A stretch of 64,000 nucleotides of DNA from Lingula anatina (lineage: Eukaryota; Animalia; Brachiopoda), in the NCBI GenBank assembly GCA_051362555.1, contig CM120642.1, positions 30,132,001-30,196,000 on the forward strand. The letters run 5' to 3'. A program made the position numbers and the translations under genes. Below are positions 43,706-56,183 of this stretch, piece after piece. The notes under the pieces are model-generated. The model was not told where the DNA came from, made no database searches, and was given only the letters and a program-made list of their open reading frames with translations. The first letter of the stretch is position 1. Each line of letters opens with the position of its first letter.

Positions 43706-43870
43706 AGGCCCATAGCCAGCAATTGCAAAATGGGGGTTCTTTTCTGAAAATGTGGACCTTTTGTCATGAAACCTTAGTTTACCTAGATCAAATTTACCCA
43801 GACCTTTTCCAGCCAAAAAGGGGGCTCTTTTCCACTGATCCCCACCCCCTTCCCTTCCTTGCTACGGTCC
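43706..43870. mobile_element. Degenerate MITE with caggccc(a)tagc...gctacggtcct ends
   Basis: Imperfect terminal inverted repeats, with a ggggg run near the left end and a ccccc run near the right end. Confidence 0.45.
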
Positions 43871-44776
43871 TCCTGTCTCTGCAGGTATAATTGGAAACGG
43901 TAGAGACGTGTGCATAGGAGAGAAGCGAGTTTTCACATTGTGTTCTGAAACTGAAGGTGACTAATGCATGTTATTCTTTAATCCTTGAAGAAATAAAGAC
44001 TTGTCGTGAAAAAATATCTGACTTTGTCGGAAGACATAAACTTTATCTGGTCAGGTGGTGTTCGAGTTTTCACACCTGTGAGCTGATGTTTATTTATTCA
44101 TACAATTATAGCTGGTTTCCTAGTCATCATGCAGGCGACACTTTCATTTTGTCTTGTTGCACAACTCAGATGTTGTATTTAGTTCTTCTATTTTGGACAT
44201 ACTAGTACCTGGCCTAATTTTACAAATACCGGGTAATACGATTGCCTTTATTGTGAGAGCGTTTTTCTATAGTAGGGTAAATGCAAACATTATCAAAGTT
44301 AGCACTTTGACCAAAAATGAGGCGGTGAGAAACGAGGTGGATTGTTCTGCTTTTGAAGTTGGGTTGTTACATGTATTAACGCATCAAACAAACGAGAGGT
44401 CCAGTCATGGGATATATAAATCATAAATTTTACAAAAAATCTGCATGATAACAAAAACAAGCAGCCCCGCCAATATCGATCACCTGAACAGAACAAAAAC
44501 TGACAGTCGACATTTCCGGGGACGACTCTTGACCTCTGATGTTCACTCCTTGTCCTTGGGACCATTCCTACATGGTTTCCGTTCTAAACAATAGCGTTAA
44601 ATTGGTGTAGATATATCTTTAATGTTCTAAGGTGGTGACCAAGGCGTTGTAATGACCGGTGATGGGCATTCTCACGCATAAGGGAATGGTGGGATGGTAC
44701 ACGCATTATTGGTGCCGTGGGACCATGACTTCCGGAAATGTAGGCCTACAAGTAGTTGAAGAATTATCCTGAGATT

Positions 44777-44917
<141 letters not shown>

Positions 44918-46063
44918 GCGTCACTGGAACCTCACCACTTTGATCATTATAAAGGTGTGTTCCCAGTGACATCTGAAGGGGCCCGGTCCGGACTATTAGT
45001 GACCTGCGGTCAAAGTTGCGGTAAAACCGTTTTATTATCTATTGATGGTTTCATGAACAGTTAACTCCCAATGTTCGACCACACGCCAGCATCATAACGT
45101 AGAGTGTAAGGTTGTAAAGTGTTTAGATCTCGATTGTCGCCTGATAGGGGTGATTATCAATGGACAAAGGGATGATTTACCTTGACCACGTGCTAGTAGA
45201 CATATCTGACTTAAGCCAGGAAAGGCGCAGATGTCGGAGGGACACCCCTCTTCTGTGTGTCTTTTAGGGTAATAAACACATAGGAGAGCAAAGCATAATT
45301 TTAAAATACTACGAATATATCGGGTGGCCAAAAAGAAACTAATGTTAAAATTTAGTAACTTCAAAAGTTTTGAAATAATTTAATTTTTGTAAAAACTAAA
45401 ATCTTAAATAAAAAAATGCCATGTCGGCCTATTTGACCATTGAAAGGTGCCAACGTCTTGCAGTTTTGGCACCTTGACTTCAGATTTTAATTTTTTCAAT
45501 GTGCCCAAACTAAGAAAGGTAAAGTCATGAAATTTTCAGCATATCTTTAACCTGAATTTTATTTCAGTATCTTCGAAACGGCTGCAGTTTGAAATTAGTA
45601 GGCCTAGTTTTTGTAAATCATTTTATTTATTTTAGTCACCCAGTATAGGCCCTATATATTTCTGGTGGATAGGCCTACTATACGAATATAAAACAATAGC
45701 CAGTAGTGGGCTGTTTTACTGAAGGTCTGGTGTGCAGAGCGAAAGGATAAAAAGATTGCCTGGGATTGCCTCGTTTTATTTTTTATAGACGTGTATTGTA
45801 TTTTGGGAGGGAAAAGGGAGGTATGCTTCTGAAGTTAGGGGGAAAGGCCTATAAGCTACACTTTGTTTATTATTGCCAAATGGCCTTTATTATTTTTATT
45901 TATTTATATATTTATTTTATTTTATTTTTTAGGGTCAAGGGATATTATAAGCTGGAATTGAACATGTTAAATCCTGGTTGCGAGTCGGAAAAATTCTGGC
46001 AAATTTATCAAAATACCTGAAAAATTGAAGTTCACTTTATATTAAATAATATAAATAACATAA

Positions 46064-47990
46064 TAGGGACAGTCGGTCATCCGGGCACTTTACCTTAGCA
46101 ACCGGCATCTGGGGTAAAACAAATCGGGCAACATGGCGGATCGCATTGACTACTATGTAAAAGTTGACGGACTTTGTCCGAAGATATCAGACTTCACAGT
46201 TCCTGACCACTTGTGTCAGTGAGGATGAGTTATTTACCTGGTCGATTTCCTTTACAGGCTTTTGTAAATAGCCGCTGCACACCTGGTTAAGAGATAAAAT
46301 CGGCCTTAACTGCCGATCGTTATCTGTGATCGGGAATCTTACAGTGGTAGATTGCAAAGACTCATTTGCTTACCTGGATGAGCATAATATTCACATCTCT
46401 TTGAAAAGAAAACCATACACCAACTGATATTATCAAGGAAGGTTTCAATTGTAATAATAACTGTTGACGTTGCATATTGCTGACACATACGAGTAGATTT
46501 TGCAAGCCTACTGAATTGCACAGGTACCGTTTAACTCTCAGGCACGTACAAAAGTTAAATGGTGGAAGCTTGCTGTGTACCAGGTGACACTACCAACTCA
46601 TTGATGAAATCTAATGGGATTTGTTAAATTTCAAAGATCAACGGAAAAGTAAACGAATGTTGCAGGCTATAGATTGTGCAGACGTGACTAAAGACGGGAT
46701 TGTTGATCGAAACAAGATTTGGTCATGGCTATACATGCACTACGAGATTTGTGTACTGAGTATGTGTGTATAGTTCATTTTATTATAGATTAGGAGAAAG
46801 TCATTGTACCTTGTTTGGTATTTATGTTTGTCATTTGTTACAGGAATTAATAAGTAATATTTACAAGAAATTGAGATTGCATCTTGTTTTGGCATGTGTG
46901 ACGGTATATCAATTCTTTTAGTTAAAATTAATGGACTATAACGTCGAACTTTTTTGCTGTAAGTTAATTGAGTTTAAAGATAAGAAAAAATATGTACGTC
47001 AATATATTGACAAACCTGTGAGTTAAAGTCTAAATCTTTAAGTTATCAAGTAAAATAAAAAAGTTGCCATAAATAAAGCGACCTTAACTGGTAAAATAAC
47101 ATACAGCTTTATTACCGTGTTTGTTATTCAATTTAATTTTAACCTTGCACGTTTTGAAACTTAGCGTTCTGTCTTCCATGACATTTCGCCAATTTTCGTA
47201 CCAGAAAAGTGCACAATAAGATTGTAAACACTCACAGACGCGTAGCTGCCAATATTAATACAGGAAACACCACGTGTCTTCTCTTCCAAAAAGTTAGAAA
47301 GCAACTGTTTATGCTGTCCTTCCAGGCTTGCATTAATCTTCATGTACTGTGTATACAGACCAAAGAGGCCATGGGACGGATGACATTGCCCCTTTCCCGT
47401 TCCCCTGGCAGGTGATTTAATCACAATTTGTAGAAATCTTATTCTAATAACTTCTCAGTGTTGCACAATTTCTAGGCCTTTCTTACGATCCAGGTTCTAA
47501 GAAGCCATTCCTATTTCACCAACTTATGTAGGCTACATGTATATACTTAGGGTGGACATTTGCGTATGCAGTTAAGACCAATTTTATCCCGTAACAATTA
47601 AGTTACACAGTAGCTTATTACAAAGGCCTGCTAACTCATTAGTCCAGGTATATGATTCAACCCGCCAGACACAAAAGGTCAAGCACTGCCTTTTCAAAAT
47701 CTTCTGCTGTAAAATTCCCGATCACAGATAACGATCGGCAGTCATATTAAGGCCGATTTTATCTCTTAACCAGGTGTGCAGCGGCTAATTACAAAGGCCT
47801 GTAAAGGAAATCGACCAGGTAAATAACTCATCCTCACTGACACAAGTGGTCAGGCACTGTGGAGTATGATATCTTCGGACAAAGTCTGCCAACTTTTACA
47901 TAGAAGTCAATGCGATCCGCCATGTTGCCCGATTTGTTTTACCCCAGATGCCGGTTGCTAAGGCGCGTGACGTAAGCCCGACTGTCCCTA
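46064..47990. mobile_element. Non-autonomous DNA transposon / foldback element with ~280-bp terminal inverted repeats
   Basis: 46064-46344 (tagggacagtcgg...gggaatcttacag) is a close reverse complement of 47707-47990 (ctgtaaaattccc...ccgactgtcccta). There is no transposase ORF inside. The flanks are TAA and TGA. Confidence 0.85.
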
Positions 47991-48970
47991 TGACAATAAA
48001 CAATTATAAAAACAATACACATTATGAGAACATCATAGTTCACTCGGTAATCAAATGGTGAATGACACAGCCATAGTCTTATCTTCTCTATCGCATTTTA
48101 TCCAAATTTACCATTCTGGGTCCACTGAGCACCGAGATCATACCTCCACAGACTGAAGAACATTATTTGACCTAAATACGTAATTGGGCCATTGAGAAGA
48201 ACACGGAAATCGTGCAATGTCTCCTCTTTTGTAGGGTAATCCGTTATAATTATATCACTCTCTAACTTATATTTAATTTTATAAGGTTTTGCAATGGTTG
48301 ATTTGGAATGATTTATTTGGTTAAAGTTCAATCTGAAGAGCATTTCACTGTCAGTTAGTACTCGCAGTTCATGGACCCAGGGGTCAGGAGGGTAGTCTTA
48401 CATTGACCATTTTGTACCTGTTTCATCCATACTAGTACTGGTAAAAGTAAACATCATTGGATGTTGGGGCGGATTATTGTTACTTATACCATTGCTGAAA
48501 AGAATATAATACCCCCCTATTCCAATCATCTCTCTTGTACATGTACTGTTTCTGTTTCAGTTTCAGTTTATTTTATTAAAGTTTTAACCATAAGACAAAA
48601 AATAAAAACAATGAAAGTTAAAACAGTCATTACAACAAGGCAGTTCTATAGAGAACTATGAGAGACTAAGTACTAGTAGTCAAGACATGAAAATGCTTCA
48701 ACTTTAAAGTCTTGAAAATTAACATGAATATAATTTATGAATAATTGTGTAGTATTATTATCCTTCAGCCAGGGGCAGACATACTGCAGCCGCATGGGTA
48801 GACCCAAAGGAAAGCAGCATTGGGTCGAGTGGAGCATTGGAAACTTCTTATGGATTTATTAAATAATAAATGCATTACAATCTTGCTGCTCACCATATGC
48901 TTGCCCTGTTTGTGTTACCAATGATTTTAATTTATCGTTACTTTGTTTGTTTTTTCAGTGAACCAAAAGC

Positions 48971-49679
48971 ATGAAGAATTTTGCCAAACTGAGCAGTTTG
49001 TTAATACAGTTAGGAACGGAAGCTCTGCAATGTTTCTTTGTCCAGCACATTCTCCAGGGGTTAACATTGAAGCAGTTTCTGACAGCCAATGCAAAGTTGT
49101 TAACAGGTTTTTACAAACCCCAAAGAGGACAAAGACGTCTTCTGGCCCACCCTCAGTACACATTACTGTTTCCACCAGGTGGCGCCGATCCAGATATCAA
49201 TACATTTGACATTACTTTGCTGTTCTTTTTATTGCGACAATTTTATGATCCAAATAATTATTCCCCAAGGTGGAAAGGTTGGGATAACCCACTGGTGGCG
49301 CACTCTAGTGGTGTTCCTCAACACCTGCAAGATGCAGTGACAATTAAACATCAAAGAAACAAGATAGCACATCCCCAAATCACTGACATTTCAGATGCTG
49401 ACTTTGACAACATTTGGCAGACTGTTTCTGATGCTGTTGTACGTCTAGGAGTCTGTCGGGAAAAAGTAGATGAGCTGAAGATATCTTCAATTGACCCTGA
49501 ACATGAGGAGGCATACCATAACGAATTAAGACGACAGTATCTTGAAGAAAAAGAACTGAAAGAAATACTAGTGGATAAATTTGCTGAACTTTCCAATCTT
49601 ATGAAGGAGAAAAATTGCCTGCTTGAGCCATCTTCCCAATATTCATCCTTAAAAACAAGATTTGTATCCCATGAGTCTG
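48971..49679 (+). CDS. HEPN-NACHT-LRR (NLR) protein, coding exon 1: DZIP3/hRUL138-like HEPN domain plus coiled linker
   Basis: Motifs NFAKLSSLLIQLG, FDITLLFFLLRQ, IKHQRNKIAH (R-x4-H at 49355-49372) and ISDADFDNIW match the DZIP3-type HEPN pattern. An acceptor lies at 48957-48958 and an in-frame TGA at 48959 fixes ATG 48971 as the start. Donor GTAATT at 49680, phase 1. Confidence 0.85.
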
Positions 49680-50005
49680 GTAATTTAGATATTTTTATGA
49701 TGTATCAAAAGTTTCAATTATAATTTCATCAAATACTTAAAAAACTAAATGGAAAACAGCTAAGAAAAACATCAACATAATGAGGTATTAATTTGTTGAA
49801 GCCAGCTAACATCAGTTTAAGATTAAAATGAGTTTATACATGGTACATGAAATCAAGAAGAAAAAAATGTTCCATGATTTTAGCCAAATTAAGTATTTCC
49901 AAAATGAGTATAATATTTTTTATTGTTAGAACTTACTGTACTATTTCTCCCACATAGATTTCAAAGGTCGTGAAAGCAAATAAATGTATGCATGTTTATT
50001 TTCAG

Positions 50006-50162
50006 TGGATCATCAAGAACTTGTAGACACAGTTCAGAGTGAACTGAAGGACTGGTACCTGACCTCGACCACCAAGCTCAACCCCATTCCATGGTGTGAG
50101 GAATTCAATTCACTGCACGTCGCCGATGTTTTCACCAATTTGGAAATCTACAAAAGTTCCGA
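50006..50162 (+). CDS. NLR coding exon 2: pre-NACHT segment
   Basis: Acceptor ttttcAG at 50004-50005 and donor GTAAGG at 50163. It reads VDHQELVDTVQSELKDWYLTSTTKLNPIPWCEEFNSLHVADVFTNLEIYKSS, resembling the segment that precedes invertebrate NACHT domains. Phases 1/2 fit both neighbours. Confidence 0.85.
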
Positions 50163-50285
50163 GTAAGGCAAATTGGTACAGTGACAGTCTAGAACTGGGT
50201 GTGGTCATATCAGTATGACTGATTGCTTTTCACTGTGTTCCCTCTCTCTTTCTACCTGCAAAATGATGTGGCCTTTACCCCCCCC

Positions 50286-50338
<53 letters not shown>

Positions 50339-50580
50339 ACAACAACAACCTTTTTTGTGTTACTTTGCCAGGTCTTGAAGTTAAGCAATTAATTAAAATT
50401 ATTCAAAATCTTACATGCTTAATCTAAAGTATTTCACAGTTGCTTTATTAGTCACTTAGTCACATAGTATGACATTACTTGAATAATTAACATATTTTAA
50501 CTCACATTTTTATGCACTTAACTTTTATTGCCATTCATTGAGAATTTTTTTTAATTCATAGATTCTGTATTTTTTTGTAG

Positions 50581-50777
50581 AAATGTTCAGCTGGAAGACA
50601 TTTTCCGAGGCTCAACTGGGAAGGTTCCAAAGTGCCTAGTTGTAAGTGGCTCACCTGGCTCGGGAAAGACAACCCTGTGTAGAAAACTGGCCTATGACTG
50701 GGCAAACCCCAATGCAAAACCATACCAACTACATGAATTTCTATTCCTGTTTCTTATTGAAGCCAGACACCTGATAG
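50581..50777 (+). CDS. NLR coding exon 3: NACHT Walker A
   Basis: Acceptor tttgtAG at 50579-50580 and donor GTAATG at 50778. It reads NVQLEDIFRGSTGKVPKCLVVSGSPGSGKTTLCRKLAYDWANPNAKPYQLHEFLFLFLIEARHLI, with the P-loop GSPGSGKT at 50648-50671. The exon is not in the ORF track. Confidence 0.92.
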
Positions 50778-51088
50778 GTAATGGTGGCAAGATATTTCCA
50801 CCACCCATTGTTTAAAATTTTATGTTCAAAGATATCCGATTTCACAGATGTATCAGTAGCCTACCAGATAATGCTCCAGATAACTGTGTACCTGTATATA
50901 AAAGACAGAGTCATCTCACTGAGAGAGAGAGAGACTAAATGTCTTTTAACTACAGTCTCACTGGTAAAATTTTTAATTTTTTTTTTTTTTTTTTTTTGTG
51001 TTGTGTTTTAGATCCAAAACAGTTTTTTTTTAACTTCAAAGCTGTAGTCCATCTGAACACTGTGTAAGAGAATATATATTTATTACAG

Positions 51089-51161
51089 GAAAGATAGAAG
51101 ATGCTCTGTTTCAAGATCTTTTGCCGTCTGACTTTTTTATGGACAAAGACGCATTTTTCAG
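51089..51161 (+). CDS. NLR coding exon 4: NACHT helical segment
   Basis: Acceptor ttacAG at 51087-51088 and donor GTATTT at 51162. It reads GKIEDALFQDLLPSDFFMDKDAFF. This 73-nt exon converts phase 1 to phase 2, which is needed to join exon 3 to exon 5. Confidence 0.82.
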
Positions 51162-51358
51162 GTATTTCTGTAGCACTGTGTTAACATTATCATAAGTGCT
51201 TATTTTGAAAAATGCTTAATGTTTACATTTGAATACAGTCTTCCATTTTTGCTGGGGTCATTTTTGTCTTCTATAAGCACTGAAAAGTGTTGTTAGACAT
51301 CTGATACATTTCAGTTTAAAATGTCTTGGTTATGGACATATTGTTTTATATTTTCTAG

Positions 51359-53402
51359 ATATCTGTCTTCCAATCAAAGTAAAATCCTGTTCATTGTCGA
51401 TGGTTATGATGAGCTAAAGGATGTCCGATCCACAAACCTGAAGCAACTTATAACGAAGAGGATCTTCCGTCACAGCAGTGTCTTAATAACAACCAGGCCT
51501 GAGTGCTTGCAAGAATTGCTACAATATTCTGAAAAACACATGGTGAATAAAGGTTTCACAACAGAAAATGCAAAGCACTTTGTAAGGAAGTACTTCCCAG
51601 AGAAAGAGAGTCCCTTCATAGAAAAGGTGTTCAGTTTTCTGGACACAAATCGGTTTGTGAAAGAACTGGTCACTACCCCCTTGAACGTGGTTCTGTTATG
51701 TATCATATGGGAGGATCAGGACTGTAAAGTGCCCGATTCCATGACTGAACTTTACCAGGAAATAGTCTACTGTATAGCTCGTCGGTATTGCAGTAAACAT
51801 AACATTCAAATGCATGGCAGTGACTTGCCCCAGGAAGTCCAGAGGTCCATTTCTGATGTTTGCCGACTGGCTTACGAGGGCATCCGTCAGAATATCTTGG
51901 GGTTTGATGTCACAGAACTTGATCGTCTGGGCGTAGGCGCCGATGCGAAGTCATTAGGGTTTTTGAACAAAGAATTATCTGTAGCTCGTGTGCGTCGCAC
52001 AGAGATGTACAGCTTCCCTCACAAGTCTGTGCAAGAGTTTCTAGCTGCTAGCTGGATACTTACACGCCCATTAGCCGACTTCTTCTCCCAGCTGGATGTT
52101 CCTCTGGCTAGGCGTATCCTAAATATACTCATATTTATGGGTGGCCTCTATGCCAAGCGGGGAGATGAAGACAACGCCAGATCCCTCGTGAAGATTTTGG
52201 TCGATGATTTTCCCGTAGATTGGAAGTGGGAAGTGTTAGAAGAAATGTACCATGTAAACGTTCCTGTTGCTCTGTCGGGCTGCTTGCCTTGGAAGATCAC
52301 TTTAAATCCCGAGTCTTCTTTCACGAAGGAACGAATGACTCAGTGTTTGATATCACATGATGCCTTGAACCCTAAAATATTGATAATTGACGGTTCTGTT
52401 CGCAGGCATTTTTCAGGATTGACCCAACTGCTCAGAACTAAGCAAGAGGTCCCGTACTTAAAGTCATTATATGTGAAATTAACGCCAAATTTAAAGGGTC
52501 TGGGAACAATGGGAAGCACGTTCAACATACCTTGCCCTCTTGGTATTAAGACGATGGTCCTGTCTCTGAAATACCTCCGAAGTGTTGGAGTCATTTCCTC
52601 ATTTGATAGAATGAGTTCAACAAGCACTTCTACTTTGGAGCAACTTTGTGTTCACGAAGAACCCGAATCGACAGGCTGGGGAGTTGCAGTCCCTGGCCTT
52701 AAGAGTCCGGTCACGGAGAATTTGGCGCACTTGTCCTTGGCAAATATACGCATGAATGACGCAGAGCTTGTGGGTCTCTTAGAGTCCGGACTGCGTGAAA
52801 GCCATCACCTCGTTTGGCTGGATCTGTCGCGGAACCGACTCTCTCTGACTGGTGTCCGCGAAGCTATACATTGTCCTTGGTTTAGAAATCTGGTTTGCTT
52901 TGATGTTTCTCGCAATAATGCAGATGTTTGGGATATTTGGGGGAGTCTCTTGCATTCTGGCAATCTTGAGAAGACGTCACCTTTGTTGTATTTAGGTCTG
53001 GCAGGCAACGGTGCTGTTAACCCATGTCACATGAAGAAGATGTTGAGCGATCTCTCCAAGAGCAGCATTGTAGAACTCCACGTGCATGCAGTAGTCGATA
53101 GGCAAGTTTTCACGCGCTATGATCTAGGGTTGCGATACCTTTGTATATGCAAAGTTGGCCAAAAGAGCCTTCCGTTGTGTCTGAAAGTAAACGTCCAGGT
53201 CCCCGACAGCAATTATGCTGACGAGATTAGGGAGAGTAGTGACGATCATTTCAACACTAGATCGATGCAGCAGCCCAATAGTTTGTGCCCAGTTTGCACT
53301 GGGAAGAGGTACGAGGACGATGGCTATGTAGCTGTGAGAGATGTCTGCAATGAGGTGAAGGCAGGTCATGTCACAGATCGAAGAATATTTACCATTACTT
53401 AA
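51359..53402 (+). CDS. NLR coding exon 5: NACHT Walker B, sensor 1, winged helix, LRRs and Cys-rich C-terminus
   Basis: Acceptor ttctAG at 51357-51358. Motifs: ILFIVDGYDE (Walker B), LITTRP (sensor 1), PLNVVLLC, YSFPHKSVQEFLAA (winged helix), and LRRs LAHLSLANIRM, LVWLDLSRNRL, LVCFDVSRNN, LLYLGLAGNG. The five exons sum to 3180 nt = 1059 aa plus stop. Confidence 0.93.
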
Positions 53403-53786
53403 AAGGAAAACCATCTGGATTATACTGTATGTCGGTGATACTTCATTTGAATGAGCCACCCAGGTATTACCGTGGCATTATCTCTTACATACAATCTGTT
53501 GCTACATGGCCAGTTTTGTCAAGAAGTACGTCCTTTGTTTATTTTTGAAAGTAAGTTAAGAACCAGCTGACAATGCTTGAGTACTTTAGTTTAGGCATTG
53601 GGACAATCCAGTGGAAATTACTTACACTAACGGCAGGGGAATTTGATATTGATATACGTATTCTTTTTGAAGGGATGCCCAAAACCTGTTGCAAATTATT
53701 TAATTGACCTCAATTTACTGAAATCTCTAGACTGACGCCAAGCTACTCCGGTAACTTGATATTTGATAACAGTACAGCTTGCATTT

Positions 53787-53849
53787 AATAAAAAATTTCA
53801 GTTAGTTATATTGCAATTTTTTTGCATTTTACAAAAATGAATGAATAAA
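53787..53849 (+). terminator. Candidate polyadenylation signals of the NLR gene
   Basis: AATAAA occurs at about 53787 and 53844, some 400 nt after the stop codon, with GT/T-rich sequence downstream. Confidence 0.4.
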
Positions 53850-55423
53850 GCGCTCAACTCCGTGTATTTTGTAATACATACATTTACATCGTATATGTTT
53901 TATAGTAAGATGTGTATCTGGGATATATTTATATGGACTAACTTTTATTGCCAAATAAATTTTAATAACATTTATCTTATGTGTTTTATATAAGCTGTGT
54001 ATCTCGGAGTTATTTATTGGACTAAATAAATTTTAACTGCAATTAACAAAACCGTGAAGTGTTTCTTTTTTACGTTAACTATCTATAATTACTACGGTAC
54101 ACATGTTGCTAGAGCGATATACATGAATCTTGTTTTATAAATTAAGTATAGACCTGTGTATAAATGCCCACATACACGCATGTCAGACGTAGGCCTATAG
54201 GAAATGTATCTGACAAGTTACAAATCTTCTACTTTAGTAAAATAAAACTAGTTAGATTGAAGAGTGTGCTGCGAGCGACAGTAACGAAGGTTTGAATTTT
54301 GGCCCAATAACTTTTTTTGCGTTAGAACAGATACATAAAGTAATTATTTTTTTTCAATGTTTTAAGTTGGTAGACTGATGTAAGTTAAGTTCCAGTTGGT
54401 CAAACAATTCTTTCTCTCCCTTAGTTTAAATAAAAAGTAACGTGTTAAAAATACGAATATATATAAGCTGAGAATAAGTGTATAGATGCATAGGTCATTG
54501 ACCGGGCACTGCACTGTGTACGTCACTTGGGTTACGCAAGAAATCGTCTGTGCAGTCTTGCTATTTCATAAACAAACCACTGACGTCATTTTCATTATTC
54601 AAGCATTGGTATGGGGAACAGACACTCGATTCTGCAGAGACTAACTCTAAAGCCAACAATACAGTTCGATAATCTGCTCTGCCTTGTTAATTAATTTTAT
54701 GCCGTTGAACCGTTTAACTAGCCCATCTAGCAGTCATGAAGAAGCCGCTTTGCAGAAACTAGGCCAGGATCTCGTTTTCAAACACAGACAAAAGTACGCT
54801 AGAACCTGACACTTACTGGCTATTTTAGGCACATCTATATAGTTAATCAGCAGATACTAGTCACTGCATAGCGGACATTTTATTGGAAAAAATCAAGTGT
54901 GAGCAGATACACACAGAAAGACGGGGTATTTGTATAAACGTAAACGAGCTGGGACAATGAATGTGTTAAAGGCGTGCACTGGACTACTCTTAATGCTGTG
55001 CATAAACAGCGGCAGTGGCCAAAGTAAGTGAGTTTATAACATACATACAGACTAAACTATTAACTAGTAAAGGAATTGGGGGCGGGGTGGCCCTGACATC
55101 AGAGTACTGATGGTAGTTGGCATATTGGGGGCGGAGAACGGACGTCAGGTAGTGAAAGGTTAGTTCAGAGTCAAACCTTTGTTGAAGATGGATTTTCAAA
55201 TACTAGTAAGCATGATCGCCTACCGAGTGTGTACCACCTTCTGGGTTGAGCATATCAAAGGATACGTAAGATTTGTATAATATATTAATATAATAGTTTT
55301 CAGAAACTGTAGGATGGACTCGGAAAATCCTGTATAAAGAGACGGTGGGACAGACAAATCCCTGGCACACATACTATACTCGTATACGGCATTTCCCCCA
55401 CTTGCCTTATATACCTGCCCTTA

Positions 55424-55648
55424 GGGTGCATTTCCAGAGTTTTAGATCGATCCAGGGATTTAGATTTAGATCCACCTAACTCCCTGGGGGTTCACGCTAA
55501 ATTGCAGTCAGCCGAGCGTATACCATAGTTAATTACCCCCTTACAGCTTTTAGTAGGCGGGACAGACGCTTAAGCCTGCTAAGCTGGCAGTAATCTAGTG
55601 AGACTCTCCACAGGGGTAGATCGATCTAAAATCTATGGGAATGGGGTC
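55424..55648. mobile_element. MITE (family of 26613 and 55969)
   Basis: Ends ttttagatcgatc and gatcgatctaaaa, flanked by TTA and TAA. It shares ctaactccctgggggttcacgctaaat and cagtaatctagtgagactc with 55969-56183. Confidence 0.75.
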
Positions 55649-55968
55649 TAAGAGTGTTTAATTTTCAATGTGACACCGACGTCGATAATTTTGTTGCCCG
55701 TTCCAGTTGACCCACAAATATCTTCCATAGTTGGTTTCAGGTATTTTAAACCTGTTTTCGCCCGTAAAACCAGGTGTAGCCAAGTGAGGTCAAGGTTAAT
55801 TGTTTTCAACATATTACACACAGATTACTATCGATCACCCCGGGTTATTTGAGTACTCCATATCAGTATCTTCCTAATGGCGTGGTTGTGTGATTAAACC
55901 ATCTTGGTCTTGGACTGACGTTTATGATAATGGGATTTTGACTTGTGCCGTTAAAAAATCGCATTTAA

Positions 55969-56183
55969 CACCCCATTCTCATAGATTAGATCGACCTACA
56001 TTGGATCGACCTAACTCCCTGGGGGTTCACGCTAAATAGCTGTCAGCCGGGCGGACACGAAAGTTAATTACCCCTTAAAGCTTGTAGTAGGCGGGGACGG
56101 ACACTTAAGGGGGATTATCTGACAGTAATCTAGTGAGACTCCCCGCGGTGATAGATCGATCTAAAAGTTGTGAGAACAGAGCC
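55969..56183. mobile_element. MITE (second local copy of the same family)
   Basis: Direct-orientation homologue of 55424-55648, with ends ttctcatagattagatcga and tcgatctaaaagttgtgagaa. Confidence 0.72.

Noticed and set aside
48959-48961. In-frame TGA just upstream of the NLR ATG, considered as selenocysteine or readthrough
   Set aside because: No SECIS was recognised, and the HEPN consensus begins right at Met 48971, so a 5'UTR stop is the simpler explanation.
51470-53459. Several minus-strand ORFs within the NLR
   Set aside because: They are shadows of the long NACHT-LRR exon and have no independent motifs.
55188-55265. Candidate first exon of the CUB-LDLa gene (MDFQILVSMIAYRVCTTFWVEHIKGY|GTAAG)
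   Set aside because: It ends in phase 0 while the next exon needs phase 1, and it is a weak signal peptide. It cannot be supported without transcripts.
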